DNA of 55,320 nt from Verrucomicrobiota bacterium (GTDB taxonomy: Bacteria; Verrucomicrobiota; Verrucomicrobiia; Limisphaerales; CANJXF01), in NCBI GenBank assembly GCA_038214755.1, contig JBBQRQ010000024.1, forward strand, positions 1 through 55,320, read 5' to 3'. The notes beneath the pieces were generated by a model. The model searched no databases, was not told the origin of the DNA, and was given only the letters and a program-made list of their open reading frames with translations. Every line of letters starts with the position of its first letter. Position 1 is the first letter of the stretch. Shown one piece after another: positions 28,334-37,634 of this stretch. Both the position numbers and the translations under genes were made by a program.

Positions 28334-28567
28334 TTAGCCGTTGCGGTCATTTGGAGAAGGTGTGTCGTGATGCTCAACCTTAAGGGTTAGGTTTTGCTTG
28401 ATACCAGCTAGCACAGGCAGGACGTGATTTAGGATTTGCTCTGCGGTAGCCCGAAACTTCCGCCCCCGAGTACTAACCTTTAGCCAGCCGGTTTTGTCTC
28501 GGTAATAGCGCTCTGTAAAAGATTTGGTGCAAATCAGAATAACGTAGCTGTCGTTGGTTAGATTCAT
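28334..28567 (-). CDS. Small hypothetical protein (77 aa)
   Basis: ATG28567; protein-like sequence YVILIC..ERYYRDKTGW..RATAEQILNHVLPVLAG; codirectional with its neighbours. Confidence 0.5.
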   Translation of the reverse strand: MNLTNDSYVILICTKSFTERYYRDKTGWLKVSTRGRKFRATAEQILNHVLPVLAGIKQNLTLKVEHHDTPSPNDRNG

Positions 28568-28694
28568 GTCGCTGTGTTCCAGTGGTGAGTTGTGGTGCTC
28601 GGTCTTCCTGAGCGGGAACTCTTCGAGTTGGGAGGCTTTCGTCATGGTGAGCGGCGTGGTTGCAGTTTAATTTGGCTTGTTTTTACAAAAAAAT

Positions 28695-30182
28695 TCAAGC
28701 CAACACCCGCGCCACAGTTTGATTCCGCAAATAATCCGAAAGTGTTTCCGGCCCGAGGACGCCGCCTCCGCATCCGCTCAAATTACAGCCGCCGTAAGGC
28801 ATTCCGTGCGCGAAAAGATTGTGCGCGTTGATCCAACTGTTTCCGGCCACGAGCCGTTCGGCCACGCGATTCGCGCGGTCGAGATTCGCGCTCCAAACAC
28901 TGTTGGCGAGGCCGTAGGTGGAACTGTTCACGAGGTCAATCACTTTGTCCTCGTCATTGAAAGTCATCACGTAGGCGACCGGGCCAAAAATTTCTTCGCG
29001 CGCGCAGACGTTGCCGGGGTCGCCGGTGAGCAGCGCGGGCTTCACGTAAAAACCGCGCTCGTGGCCTTTGACTTCGGCGCGCCCGCCTTCGAGCAAAAAT
29101 TTCGCGCCGGTCTTGATGCCTTTGTCCAAATATCCAAGGACGCGGGAACGTTGTTTTTCGCTGACGACCGGGCCGATGTTTGTTTCCGCGTCCGCCCCGT
29201 AGCCGATTTTCATTCCTGCCATCGTGGCGGTGGCTCGCTTCACGAATGCATCGCGAATTTTTTCGTGAACAACCCAGCGCGTCGCTGTGCAACAAACTTG
29301 GCCGGCGTTCAACGTCACTGCGGCTGCCAGCGCATCGGCGACGGCTTCGACATTTACGTCGTCAAAAATCACCGCCGCGCCTTTGCCGCCGAGTTCCAAT
29401 TTCGTCGGGACAAGATTTTTTCCGCACGCCTCGGCGATGAGGCGACCCACTTCCGGCGAACCGGTAAACGACATGCGTTTGAGTCCGGGATGTTGCGCGA
29501 GCGCCGCGCCCGCAATTCCACCGAGGCCGGTGACGACGTTGACGACGCCGGGCGGAATACCCGCTTCTTCGGCGAGTTTCGCAAAATAAATCGTCGAGAG
29601 CGGCGTGTCTTCGGCGGGCTTGATGACAACCGTATTTCCAGCGGCCAGTGCAGGCGCGACGTTCCAGCCGACGAGCAGAAAGGGAAAGTTCCAAGGGAAA
29701 ATAAATCCACAAACGCCATACGGAACACGCACCGTCCGCGCATCAAAACCGGAAACGGCAATCGGCTCGCGACGCCGCGTCTGCACCGCGAGGTCGGCGT
29801 AGTAACGAAACGATTGCGCGGCGTGCGGCACGTCAAACGCGGCGGCCTGCCCGCGCGGCTTGCCGACATCGAGCGATTCAATCTGCGAAAGTATTTCCGC
29901 GTTCTTGTCAATCAAGTCAGCGAGCCGATGAAGAATCACCGCGCGATCATTCGCGGGCATCGTGGCCCAGCCGCTTTTTTGAAAGGCCTCTTGAGCGGCT
30001 TTGACGGCAGCATCCACATCCGCCGCGTCGCCCGCCGAAATTTGCGCGACCACTTTGCCCTTGCCGGGATCGAGCGTCTCAAAAGTTTTTCCGCTTTTGG
30101 CTTCCACCCATTTTCCACCGATGAACATTTTGAGCGGTTGGGTGGCGAGGAAATCTTTTACGGCTGGAAGTAGATCATTCAT
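28695..30182 (-). CDS. NAD-dependent aldehyde dehydrogenase (candidate lactaldehyde dehydrogenase)
   Basis: PWNFP, KPAEDTP, FTGS, LELGGK, NAGQVC, EEIFGP. Confidence 0.93.
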   Translation of the reverse strand: MNDLLPAVKDFLATQPLKMFIGGKWVEAKSGKTFETLDPGKGKVVAQISAGDAADVDAAVKAAQEAFQKSGWATMPANDRAVILHRLADLIDKNAEILSQIESLDVGKPRGQAAAFDVPHAAQSFRYYADLAVQTRRREPIAVSGFDARTVRVPYGVCGFIFPWNFPFLLVGWNVAPALAAGNTVVIKPAEDTPLSTIYFAKLAEEAGIPPGVVNVVTGLGGIAGAALAQHPGLKRMSFTGSPEVGRLIAEACGKNLVPTKLELGGKGAAVIFDDVNVEAVADALAAAVTLNAGQVCCTATRWVVHEKIRDAFVKRATATMAGMKIGYGADAETNIGPVVSEKQRSRVLGYLDKGIKTGAKFLLEGGRAEVKGHERGFYVKPALLTGDPGNVCAREEIFGPVAYVMTFNDEDKVIDLVNSSTYGLANSVWSANLDRANRVAERLVAGNSWINAHNLFAHGMPYGGCNLSGCGGGVLGPETLSDYLRNQTVARVLA

Positions 30183-30246
30183 AATTTTTTGTTTGGTTTA
30201 ATTTTTTAGAATCTGCGCAGGTTTTAGCCGGGGCATTTCACAAGAC

Positions 30247-30312
30247 GGAGCGCCGGTTTTCAACCGGCTTTAGGTCGCACAAAGGCCAAATCCGGTGGCA
30301 AACCGGCGCTCC
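30247..30312. repeat. REP-like inverted doublet
   Basis: GGAGCGCCGGTTTTCAACCGGC ... CCGGTGGCAAACCGGCGCTCC. Confidence 0.75.
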
Positions 30313-30365
30313 GTTCGGTTGGCATTTTGCGGGGCGTGTGAAATATGCAGGTTACGAGCACGAGA

Positions 30366-31169
30366 TTAAAACGAAGCAGTGTAAGGAAGATTGCTCTGGG
30401 TCGTTTGAGTATGATTCGAAGGATTGAGCCCGAAATCTCCACTGCGCAATTTTGTTCCTTTGCGAAATTCCACGTGGCCGTCCGCGAAAATAAAATTACC
30501 CCCTTGAAAGTGAACTACAGAATAAAGCTCTTTGCCGACGGATAAATTATCGTGCCAGTAGGTATAGGAGTTAGGAGGCCCGCCAAATTCAGGGCCAAAG
30601 GCGGGGCGCAAAGCGCTAAACGAAATCTGCACCGAGCTTTCCTGGATGACGATCAATTGGCTGGGATTTTTAATGGCCGTCAATTTTCTTTCCATGATGA
30701 CGGCATTCGGCTCGTAACTCGTTCCGCTCAACGCCGTCGGATTATTGGCGGCAAGCGGGCCTGTGCCAGGAAGAGCCGTGGAACACATATAAATTTTCGA
30801 GCTTACTTTTTGGTTGCTCTGGAGATATTGCGCGATGGCGTAGAGAGCATTGTTTTGCCAACCGGGAGCGGCGGGATTCATAAAGTCATAAACCTGGGAC
30901 GCCTTGGGCGGAAGCGTTTTGTTGTCCATCTCATACATGACCAGAGCCAGTCCGATTTGACGCATGTTGTTGAAACATTCTGTCTGCCTGGCTTTGGATT
31001 TTGCTTTCGCGAGGGCGGGCAAAAGTAGTCCCGCTAGAATCGCGATGATGGCAATGACGACGAGTAATTCGATTAAGGTGAATCCCAAAACGTCGCGCGC
31101 ATGAGAGGGCAGGGGAGTGGACCCTGTGGCCGTGCCTCCGCGCATTGGAATTGTGGAATTGGGGTTCAA
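30366..31169 (-). CDS. Prepilin-type N-terminal cleavage/methylation protein with H-X9-DG motif (DUF1559-like); start uncertain (TTG31169 or ATG31145)
   Basis: [52 protein letters not shown]. Confidence 0.9.
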   Translation of the reverse strand: MNPNSTIPMRGGTATGSTPLPSHARDVLGFTLIELLVVIAIIAILAGLLLPALAKAKSKARQTECFNNMRQIGLALVMYEMDNKTLPPKASQVYDFMNPAAPGWQNNALYAIAQYLQSNQKVSSKIYMCSTALPGTGPLAANNPTALSGTSYEPNAVIMERKLTAIKNPSQLIVIQESSVQISFSALRPAFGPEFGGPPNSYTYWHDNLSVGKELYSVVHFQGGNFIFADGHVEFRKGTKLRSGDFGLNPSNHTQTTQSNLPYTASF

Positions 31170-31247
31170 CGGTGTGTTGCTATCAGATTTCGCCAGGAAA
31201 GAGAAAGGGATAAGATGATAAGCGCGGCGAATTTTTTCCCATTGAAC

Positions 31248-31277
31248 GGAGGGTGGGCTTGCCTATTCCCGCCCTCC
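31248..31277 (-). terminator. Possible terminator hairpin after the lectin gene
   Basis: GGAGGGTGGG-N10-CCCGCCCTCC, 20 bp past the stop; weak U-tract. Confidence 0.35.
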
Positions 31278-31297
31278 CCAGATGAATAGCCCCTCAA

Positions 31298-32398
31298 TTA
31301 TTTCTCGCGGAATTCGTAGAAGCGGCGGTCGTAATTCGTCGCGCCAGGTTCGCTAAAATAGAAGTTCAGATTGGTCACCAATGTCCAGTTCACGAGATCC
31401 GAAGACGCATACACCTGATGACTGAGGCGAACGGAATCCGGCAATTGCAGACGCGGTTGGCCAGGCGCGGCTCCATCCACCACTGGAATTCCGACGAGTT
31501 GTGGCGGAATGTTGACCGGGTCGGCTGACGCACCGACAGCGTTTGTGGGAACACGATTCGCGGGAGAGGAGGTCGTTCGACTGGCATTTACGCGAGTGCT
31601 TTTGGATTTGCTCGGCTGAAGTGCCGCGAGTGAATCGGGGGCGGATCCGGGCTTGGCCGACGACCCGTCCAGCGTAGAAAAAGTCCAACTGAGAATATCC
31701 TGATTCTGGCTGTCGGCTCCTGTGGATGCCGTGAAGCCAACCCATGCTTCGCCGTTTTTAAATGGAACAACTCCTTCCAATTTAAACTGAGCAACCAACA
31801 GCGGCTTCGTCAAATCATCCAGAAAAATTTCCATCCGCTCCGGAATGTATCGAATGCGGACGGTATGAATTTCCCCATCAGAGAACAATGCGGGGGCCGT
31901 GATGGCACCCAAAGGAGATCCCCCTCTCGGTTCCATTTCACTGGCAATGCAACTGGTGATTTGGATTTCGTCGTATTGGATGTAAGTCCGGTGATAGTGA
32001 TAGTCGTCGAATATTATCGCCACGGCATTACCGCCACGCACGAAGCCCATGTGGTGGCCACTGACTCCGACAGAAGGAGTCGTGGTGTCTTGCAAAACAA
32101 AAACAATTCCATTCGCTCCGTGCCCTGTTTTCTCAGTGATACGAAGCTGGAAGGTGGTGTCAAATCCACCAAGAATGGATTGCTTTGTTTGGAGCCAGAG
32201 ACCTCCGACCCTGCCTCTGTGATTTTTGTGAGAGGGAGTGAGCCTGACAAAATCATCCTGTAACTTTGCTTCTGCTTGAAAAATCAATCCGGTCGGTGAT
32301 GCAAAATTTCGGTAGTCGAACTGACTTCCAAAAAGGTCGGCAGTCAGCAAGCAGCCCAGAATAACTGACAGCAACAGGATTGATCGTGGGTGATTCAT
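31298..32398 (-). CDS. Secreted L-type (legume) lectin-domain protein with a C-terminal FY domain
   Basis: VRLTP, GFDTTFQ, GANGIVFVLQ, DGEIHTVRIRY, AWVGFTASTG, a Ser/Pro linker, and ASSDLVNW..RRFY. Confidence 0.8.
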   Translation of the reverse strand: MNHPRSILLLSVILGCLLTADLFGSQFDYRNFASPTGLIFQAEAKLQDDFVRLTPSHKNHRGRVGGLWLQTKQSILGGFDTTFQLRITEKTGHGANGIVFVLQDTTTPSVGVSGHHMGFVRGGNAVAIIFDDYHYHRTYIQYDEIQITSCIASEMEPRGGSPLGAITAPALFSDGEIHTVRIRYIPERMEIFLDDLTKPLLVAQFKLEGVVPFKNGEAWVGFTASTGADSQNQDILSWTFSTLDGSSAKPGSAPDSLAALQPSKSKSTRVNASRTTSSPANRVPTNAVGASADPVNIPPQLVGIPVVDGAAPGQPRLQLPDSVRLSHQVYASSDLVNWTLVTNLNFYFSEPGATNYDRRFYEFREK

Positions 32399-32550
32399 AA
32401 AAGTTTCTGGGTTCGACTGGATCGATGCGTCGTTCCCCCAGAGGCTACGAAAGGTGGAGTAAAAATCAACGGAGAACTTCCGGGCGGGCCTGCGATGTAA
32501 TCAGCACCCAGGGACAATCGAATAGAGACGACAAATTCTTCGGAACAAAA

Positions 32551-35500
32551 TTAATTTGCACGCACCGGAATCTGCTTCAGTAATTCTTCGTGCGATGGAA
32601 CTTTCGGAAGTTGCTTCGTTGAATCTGGATCGGCTGCCGCGCGCAATAAATTCACCGCGAATTGTTGCGCAACGGGATCAACAGAAACCGAGGCCTCCAG
32701 ATCGAGATCGCAAATCCAGAGGCGTCCTTTGCCCAGCGGAATTTCAAACAGCACCGTTCGATATTGTTCGGGCACTTTGTCGGCGGAAATATAACTGTGC
32801 GCCGGAATGAACCGGATCAATTCGCGCGCTGACGAACCCCTCTTGAGCCGGTGCGACGCATTGGCCACGAACACGCGCCAGTCGTTGGTGCGTCCCCACC
32901 ATTTCAAATCCATGGGCGCAAGTTTTTCGGCGAGCTTCGTTCGGGCGCACGGAGAAAAATCTGCGAATTCGCCGGGCGCATTTTTTCCATCGAGAATTTC
33001 GGATGAAAACATCGCGGTGAATTTTTCTCCCGGTGAAAACACAATCGCGGTCGCGCCACCTTCGATGGCCGCGCGCACTGCGCTGTCTTTTTCCAGTCCA
33101 GTCAACTCATCTTTGAGACCAAGCAAAATGACTCGCGCAGTGGCGGGTTCTGCTTGCGAGGAAAACTGCGCGTTCGTTTTCAAAAAGCGACCCAGTTCCG
33201 GGCCGATGCTGCGGGTGAAAACGGGAGCGTCAATTTTTATTGGAGACGCACTTGGGAGAATTTCGACGTAATCCGTCGAGCGGCTGATTTCTTTTTCGCC
33301 TTTTAACAGACGTAGTTGAAGCAAAAGTTCCTGACGAGCTGAGGCGGGCGGCAATTTAATTTTTGTGACAAGCCGGTGCGTGGAAAAATAAGGAAGCATC
33401 GTGACGCGTCCGAGTTTTTCAGAACTGATTTTCTTTCCGCTGGAACGATCCAGAAAATTTAGCTCCACCTCCAAGTCGGAAAAATCGCGACAATCCTCGT
33501 CGTCGTTCGTGATGAACACGGCGGTATCAAGTTCTTCATTCGGAAAAAATCGGCGGCGTCCAGTTTCCAGAGCGAGACCGATAGGCGAAAACGCTTCGCG
33601 CATCGCCGCGAGAACGGAATAAGGTTTCACGGTGGCCGCGTCGTAGCTGTGGGAGAACCAGCACTCTGTTGCGAACAACATGAAACCCGCGGTGCGATCT
33701 CCGCGTTCGTAGCGAAGACGTTCCGCCCAGCGCTTCGTCACCGCGCGATAATGTTCGAGAAACCATTTTGGATCGTTGCCGCGATACGCGAGATTTCCAA
33801 TCCACGCTTGCGGCGTGAGCAAGTCGCGCGTGTACCGGAACACCGGCAAGCCAGTATCAAGATCAGGATAACCGGTGGACATTTCCTGGCCGATGAGCGG
33901 TCGAGTGCCCCCGTTGTTCTTCGCTTCTTTTTCAAACTTCGCGTCCGTGATGAACGAAGATGCGGAGTACCAATTATTGTAGCGGTGAATGTCGTCCGCA
34001 TCACCGTCGTCGAGGTTGTTCGGCTGAAAAAGTTCTTTGTAAACTTCCGGCTCCCGCGCGTATTCCGAAGAACAAATTACCGGTCGCGTGGGATCGACTT
34101 CGCGCGTTTGCTTCACCACGTCGGACAACTGTTTCAGCTTCTCCAGATTTTTAGAATCTTTCAGCGTCATCTCGTTGCCCACCGTGTAAATAAAAACGGT
34201 CGGATGATTGCGCGCGCGCTTCACTACGTCTTCGTTCTCCATGAGCCAATGCGCAAAAAGTTCCGGGGGTGTCGCGCCGATTTTTCCAGCGAGCGCCCAC
34301 GGACGAATTCCTTCGAGGCTCACGCCCAAACCGATTTCGTCAGCGGCGTCAAGCCACGCTTCATTCCACGGCGTCGCGTGAGTGCGCGTGACACGAATAT
34401 TTCCGTCGTGGAGAAATTGAATCAACTTGTGCGCAAGCTTTGGATCAAATGAATTTTTTCCGTAAGGCAAATGATTCGCGCCGCGCAGCCAATACGGTTT
34501 GCCATTCAAGAAAAATTTATTTCCGCGCGCCTCGAAAGTGCGAAAGCCGACGTTGTGCGTCCACGAATCCAAAACTGCGCCTGCCTCAGATTCAAGCGTG
34601 ACGTCGAGGCAATACAGATTTGGTTCAGCAGGCGTCCAGAGTTTTGGTTTTACATTGCGGAGTTTGAGTGTGTGGGAATTCGAGTTTGCGTTGATTTGAA
34701 TTTTCTCCGCCGGAATTTCTGCGAAGACTTTTCCAGTTTTTAAATCTGTCCATTTTGCTTTGAGCCGGAGCGCGGCTGTGTGCGGAGCACCAGCCGCAGC
34801 GGGTTCGACTGGCTTTGGCGTCTCCGGGTTTTCCAACGCGCTGCGGCTGGTCGAGGACGACACAACCGCGTTCCGTTCGAGCAGCCGCGCTTCGACACGC
34901 ACTTCCGCGCCGTCGAGTGATGGCACGAACCACACGTCGTCCAATTTCGCCGCGCCGCGCACGACGAGTTTCACCGGCTGCCAGATGCCGTGCAAATCGT
35001 AGGCGCGATTGTCAGCGTTGGGTGAAAGCGGGCCGAACATTCCTTTGCTCATGCTGCGAACTTTCGACGCGGTGAGATTGACGGTCACGGCTTCGCCCAT
35101 TGTCAGCGATGACGGCGGAATTTTTTCCATTGAGACAAAAACCGCGAGCAGGTTTTCTCCAACTTTCAAATGAGGTGTGAGGTCGTAGCTGAACCGGCTA
35201 AACATTCCTTGGTGTTCGCCGACCAATTTTCCGTTGCAAAAAGTTTTGCTCACCATCGCGACGCCGTCGAACTCGATGGAAATATTTTCCCCGGACGGAA
35301 TCGTCGGCAAATCCAGACGCAAATAATACCAGCCGTCCTCGGCGCGGTCGGTGTCGAAGCCGAGTTTTTTTAATCGGTTCGTTTCGTATTTCTTAAAATC
35401 TTCCGAGTCATCGAGCCACCACTGAATGCGATTGAGCAACTGCGGAACGGGAACCGGCACGCAATTGTTTTCGTCGGCGGAGTTTTGCGGATTTTGATTC

Positions 35501-35658
35501 GCGGCAATGGAGTAGCTCGGTTGGTAAAGCCAAATACCATTGAGAGAAAAAGTTTTCCCTGGAGACATGTCACTCTTGCCAAGAGAAATTTTTCCGTCCT
35601 CGACGGCGATTGCGTTGACGGCGAGAAAAAGCAGGGAGTTTAGAATAATTTTTTTCAT
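32551..35658 (-). CDS. Secreted glycoside hydrolase family 2
   Basis: SLNGIW, IEFDGV, HQGMFSRF, GIWQPV, LWTPAEPNLY, GFRT, FFLNGKP..LRGANH, RNHP..GNE, IGQE. Start ATG35658. Confidence 0.9.
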   Translation of the reverse strand: MKKIILNSLLFLAVNAIAVEDGKISLGKSDMSPGKTFSLNGIWLYQPSYSIAANQNPQNSADENNCVPVPVPQLLNRIQWWLDDSEDFKKYETNRLKKLGFDTDRAEDGWYYLRLDLPTIPSGENISIEFDGVAMVSKTFCNGKLVGEHQGMFSRFSYDLTPHLKVGENLLAVFVSMEKIPPSSLTMGEAVTVNLTASKVRSMSKGMFGPLSPNADNRAYDLHGIWQPVKLVVRGAAKLDDVWFVPSLDGAEVRVEARLLERNAVVSSSTSRSALENPETPKPVEPAAAGAPHTAALRLKAKWTDLKTGKVFAEIPAEKIQINANSNSHTLKLRNVKPKLWTPAEPNLYCLDVTLESEAGAVLDSWTHNVGFRTFEARGNKFFLNGKPYWLRGANHLPYGKNSFDPKLAHKLIQFLHDGNIRVTRTHATPWNEAWLDAADEIGLGVSLEGIRPWALAGKIGATPPELFAHWLMENEDVVKRARNHPTVFIYTVGNEMTLKDSKNLEKLKQLSDVVKQTREVDPTRPVICSSEYAREPEVYKELFQPNNLDDGDADDIHRYNNWYSASSFITDAKFEKEAKNNGGTRPLIGQEMSTGYPDLDTGLPVFRYTRDLLTPQAWIGNLAYRGNDPKWFLEHYRAVTKRWAERLRYERGDRTAGFMLFATECWFSHSYDAATVKPYSVLAAMREAFSPIGLALETGRRRFFPNEELDTAVFITNDDEDCRDFSDLEVELNFLDRSSGKKISSEKLGRVTMLPYFSTHRLVTKIKLPPASARQELLLQLRLLKGEKEISRSTDYVEILPSASPIKIDAPVFTRSIGPELGRFLKTNAQFSSQAEPATARVILLGLKDELTGLEKDSAVRAAIEGGATAIVFSPGEKFTAMFSSEILDGKNAPGEFADFSPCARTKLAEKLAPMDLKWWGRTNDWRVFVANASHRLKRGSSARELIRFIPAHSYISADKVPEQYRTVLFEIPLGKGRLWICDLDLEASVSVDPVAQQFAVNLLRAAADPDSTKQLPKVPSHEELLKQIPVRAN
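34766..34875. repeat. REP-like inverted doublet inserted in frame in the GH2 gene
   Basis: CGGAGCGCGGCTGTGTGCGGAGCACCAGCCGCAGCG ... CGCTGCGGCTGGTCGAGGACGACACAACCGCGTTCCG, encoding RNAVVSSSTSRSA...PAAAGAPHTAALR. Confidence 0.85.
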
Positions 35659-35683
35659 GGAATTATTTTTCAAGCCGGAACTG

Positions 35684-35848
35684 TTCAGTGAGAAGGTTGC
35701 TCGCCCTCACCCTAACCCTCTCCCCCGAGGAGAGGGAACCCAAAATGATCGCGCTTAATAAATCACTGACCGTTGCACATTTTTCGACGCTGAATAACTT
35801 TCTCCCTCGCCTTTGGGGAGAGGGCCGGGGTGAGGGAGAGCGTTTCAA
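35684..35848. repeat. CCCTCACCC..CCCTCTCCC palindromic element, copy A
   Basis: Its reverse complement aligns end to end with 46543-46705; the arms are near identical and the loop is diverged. Confidence 0.9.
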
Positions 35849-35860
35849 TTCCTTGCATTG

Positions 35861-37252
35861 TTACTTCGCTTCAAGATTTGCGGGCTGGAGTCGCGGGACG
35901 AGCAAATGAATCACGAGCAACGCGACCAGATAAGCCGATCCGGCAATCATGAAAATCAATTTGTAACTTCCCGTCGCCTGCAAAATTGCGCCCACCACCA
36001 GCGAAATAAACATCCCTCCAATCGCGCCCGCCATTCCCCCAATGCCCACGACGGAACCGACGGCTTTGCGCGGGAACATGTCGGAAGTCAGCGTAAATAA
36101 ATTGGCCGACCAACCTTGATGCGCCGCCGCCGCCACGCCGATCATTCCAACCGCGAGCCAGAGATGCGAGACGTTGGCTGCGAACATCACGGGCAACACG
36201 CACACGGCGCAAATCAGCATCGTCATTTTCCGCGCGCGATTTGGCGTCCAACCGCGTTTGATCAATGACGACGAAAGCCAGCCGCCGCCAATGCTGCCGA
36301 CATCCGCCAGAAGATAAATCGCAATCAGCGGCGGCCCCATCGAACTGACCGTGACTTGAATGCCATGTTTCTTGCTAAGAAAATCGGGGACCCAAAATAA
36401 ATAGAGCCACCAGGCTGGATCGGTCAGAAATTTTCCCAGAGCGAACGCCCAGGTTTGCCGGTAGGTGAGAAGCTTGAACCAGGAGACGCGCGCAGGCGGA
36501 TCAGACGGGTCGCTTTGAATGTAAGCCAGCTCGGAAGGTTTTAGCCGTGGATGATTTTGCGGAGGATAATAAATCGCGAGCCAACAAATCAGCCAGAGGA
36601 AGCCGAGCAATCCCGTCGCGATGAACGCCGCTTTCCATCCCCAGATTCCGACGATCCACGGCACGAGCAACGGCGTGGCCAGCGCGCCGACGTTTGTGCC
36701 GGAATTAAAAATGCCGGTCGCCAACGCGCGTTCTTTTTTCGGAAACCATTCCGCGACCGTTTTGATCGAGGCTGGGAAATTTCCTGCTTCGCCCAGTCCC
36801 AAAAGAAAGCGCGCGATGGCGAAACCTGCTGCTGCCCCGGCCAGCGTCACGATGGAAAATCCAGTCTTCGCATCGAGGTTCAAAACGGGAAGGCGCAATC
36901 CCGCCACCAAATCGGATCCAGCGTGGGCCATCGCGGCAATGCTCCACAACACGATGGCCATCGCAAAACCGATTCGCGTTCCGACGCGATCCATGAATCG
37001 TCCTGCAAAAATAAAACCGATGGCATACGCGAGTTGAAAACTAAAAATGATGGATCCGTAAATTCGTTCATCGCCCCAGCCGAATTCTTTTTGCAGCGCC
37101 GGTTTAAGAATGCCAATGACCTGGCGATCGATGTAATTGATCGTCGCCGCGAAAAACAGCAGCGCGCAAATGGTCCAACGAAAGTAACCGACACGCGATC
37201 CGGCCGGCGTCTGATGTGGAACGGTGGTGGAAGTTTGCGGTGACAGTGGCAT
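35861..37252 (-). CDS. exuT: MFS hexuronate transporter (ExuT family)
   Basis: RWTICALLFFAATINYIDRQ, GEAGNFPA.IK.VAEWFP.KERA.ATG.FNSG, AAAHQGWSAN. Confidence 0.85.
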   Translation of the reverse strand: MPLSPQTSTTVPHQTPAGSRVGYFRWTICALLFFAATINYIDRQVIGILKPALQKEFGWGDERIYGSIIFSFQLAYAIGFIFAGRFMDRVGTRIGFAMAIVLWSIAAMAHAGSDLVAGLRLPVLNLDAKTGFSIVTLAGAAAGFAIARFLLGLGEAGNFPASIKTVAEWFPKKERALATGIFNSGTNVGALATPLLVPWIVGIWGWKAAFIATGLLGFLWLICWLAIYYPPQNHPRLKPSELAYIQSDPSDPPARVSWFKLLTYRQTWAFALGKFLTDPAWWLYLFWVPDFLSKKHGIQVTVSSMGPPLIAIYLLADVGSIGGGWLSSSLIKRGWTPNRARKMTMLICAVCVLPVMFAANVSHLWLAVGMIGVAAAAHQGWSANLFTLTSDMFPRKAVGSVVGIGGMAGAIGGMFISLVVGAILQATGSYKLIFMIAGSAYLVALLVIHLLVPRLQPANLEAK

Positions 37253-37314
37253 CAAAGATTTTTAGCCGGTCAACGAATTGTGGTCACGATTTTTTTGCGA
37301 GCGCCGCGAGGGAT

Positions 37315-37618
37315 GGGCGCATCTTGAGGGCGTGTTGCCCAAACCAGTAGGAGCGCGGACGTTCTTCGTCCGCGTGAATCGTGAGGGACGAAAGCACAAG
37401 GGTTTTGTCCGTTTTGAAACACGCGGACGAGAACGTCCGCGCTCCTTTTCATTTGGGCAACACGGCCTTGATTACCACCAAAGCGATTCGATGTCGTGGG
37501 GCAGGCTTCCAGCCTGCCAAACGGGCATCTTGCCCGCGAATCCTGCTCTTGGGGCTGGAAGCCCCGCAGGCAGACAAGATGTCTGCCCCACTACATTGGT
37601 GGTAGTCAAGATGCGCCC
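37315..37618. mobile_element. Non-autonomous MITE-like element with a second MITE nested in its left end
   Basis: Outer TIRs GGGCGCATCTTGA(T)TACCACCA / TGGTGGTAGTCAAGATGCGCCC, flanked by GCGAGGGAT / GCGATGGAT. Inner element 37328-37467 has TIRs GGGCGTGTTGCCCAAA / TTTGGGCAACACGGCC flanked by TTGA / TTGA. Confidence 0.8.
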
Positions 37619-37634
37619 GCGATGGATGGACTGG

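Noticed and set aside
27682..28377. 231-aa ORF upstream of rhaT
   Set aside because: It is a translation of palindromic repeats (VPKG/VPSG, NPVG, TPLG) with no protein-like content.
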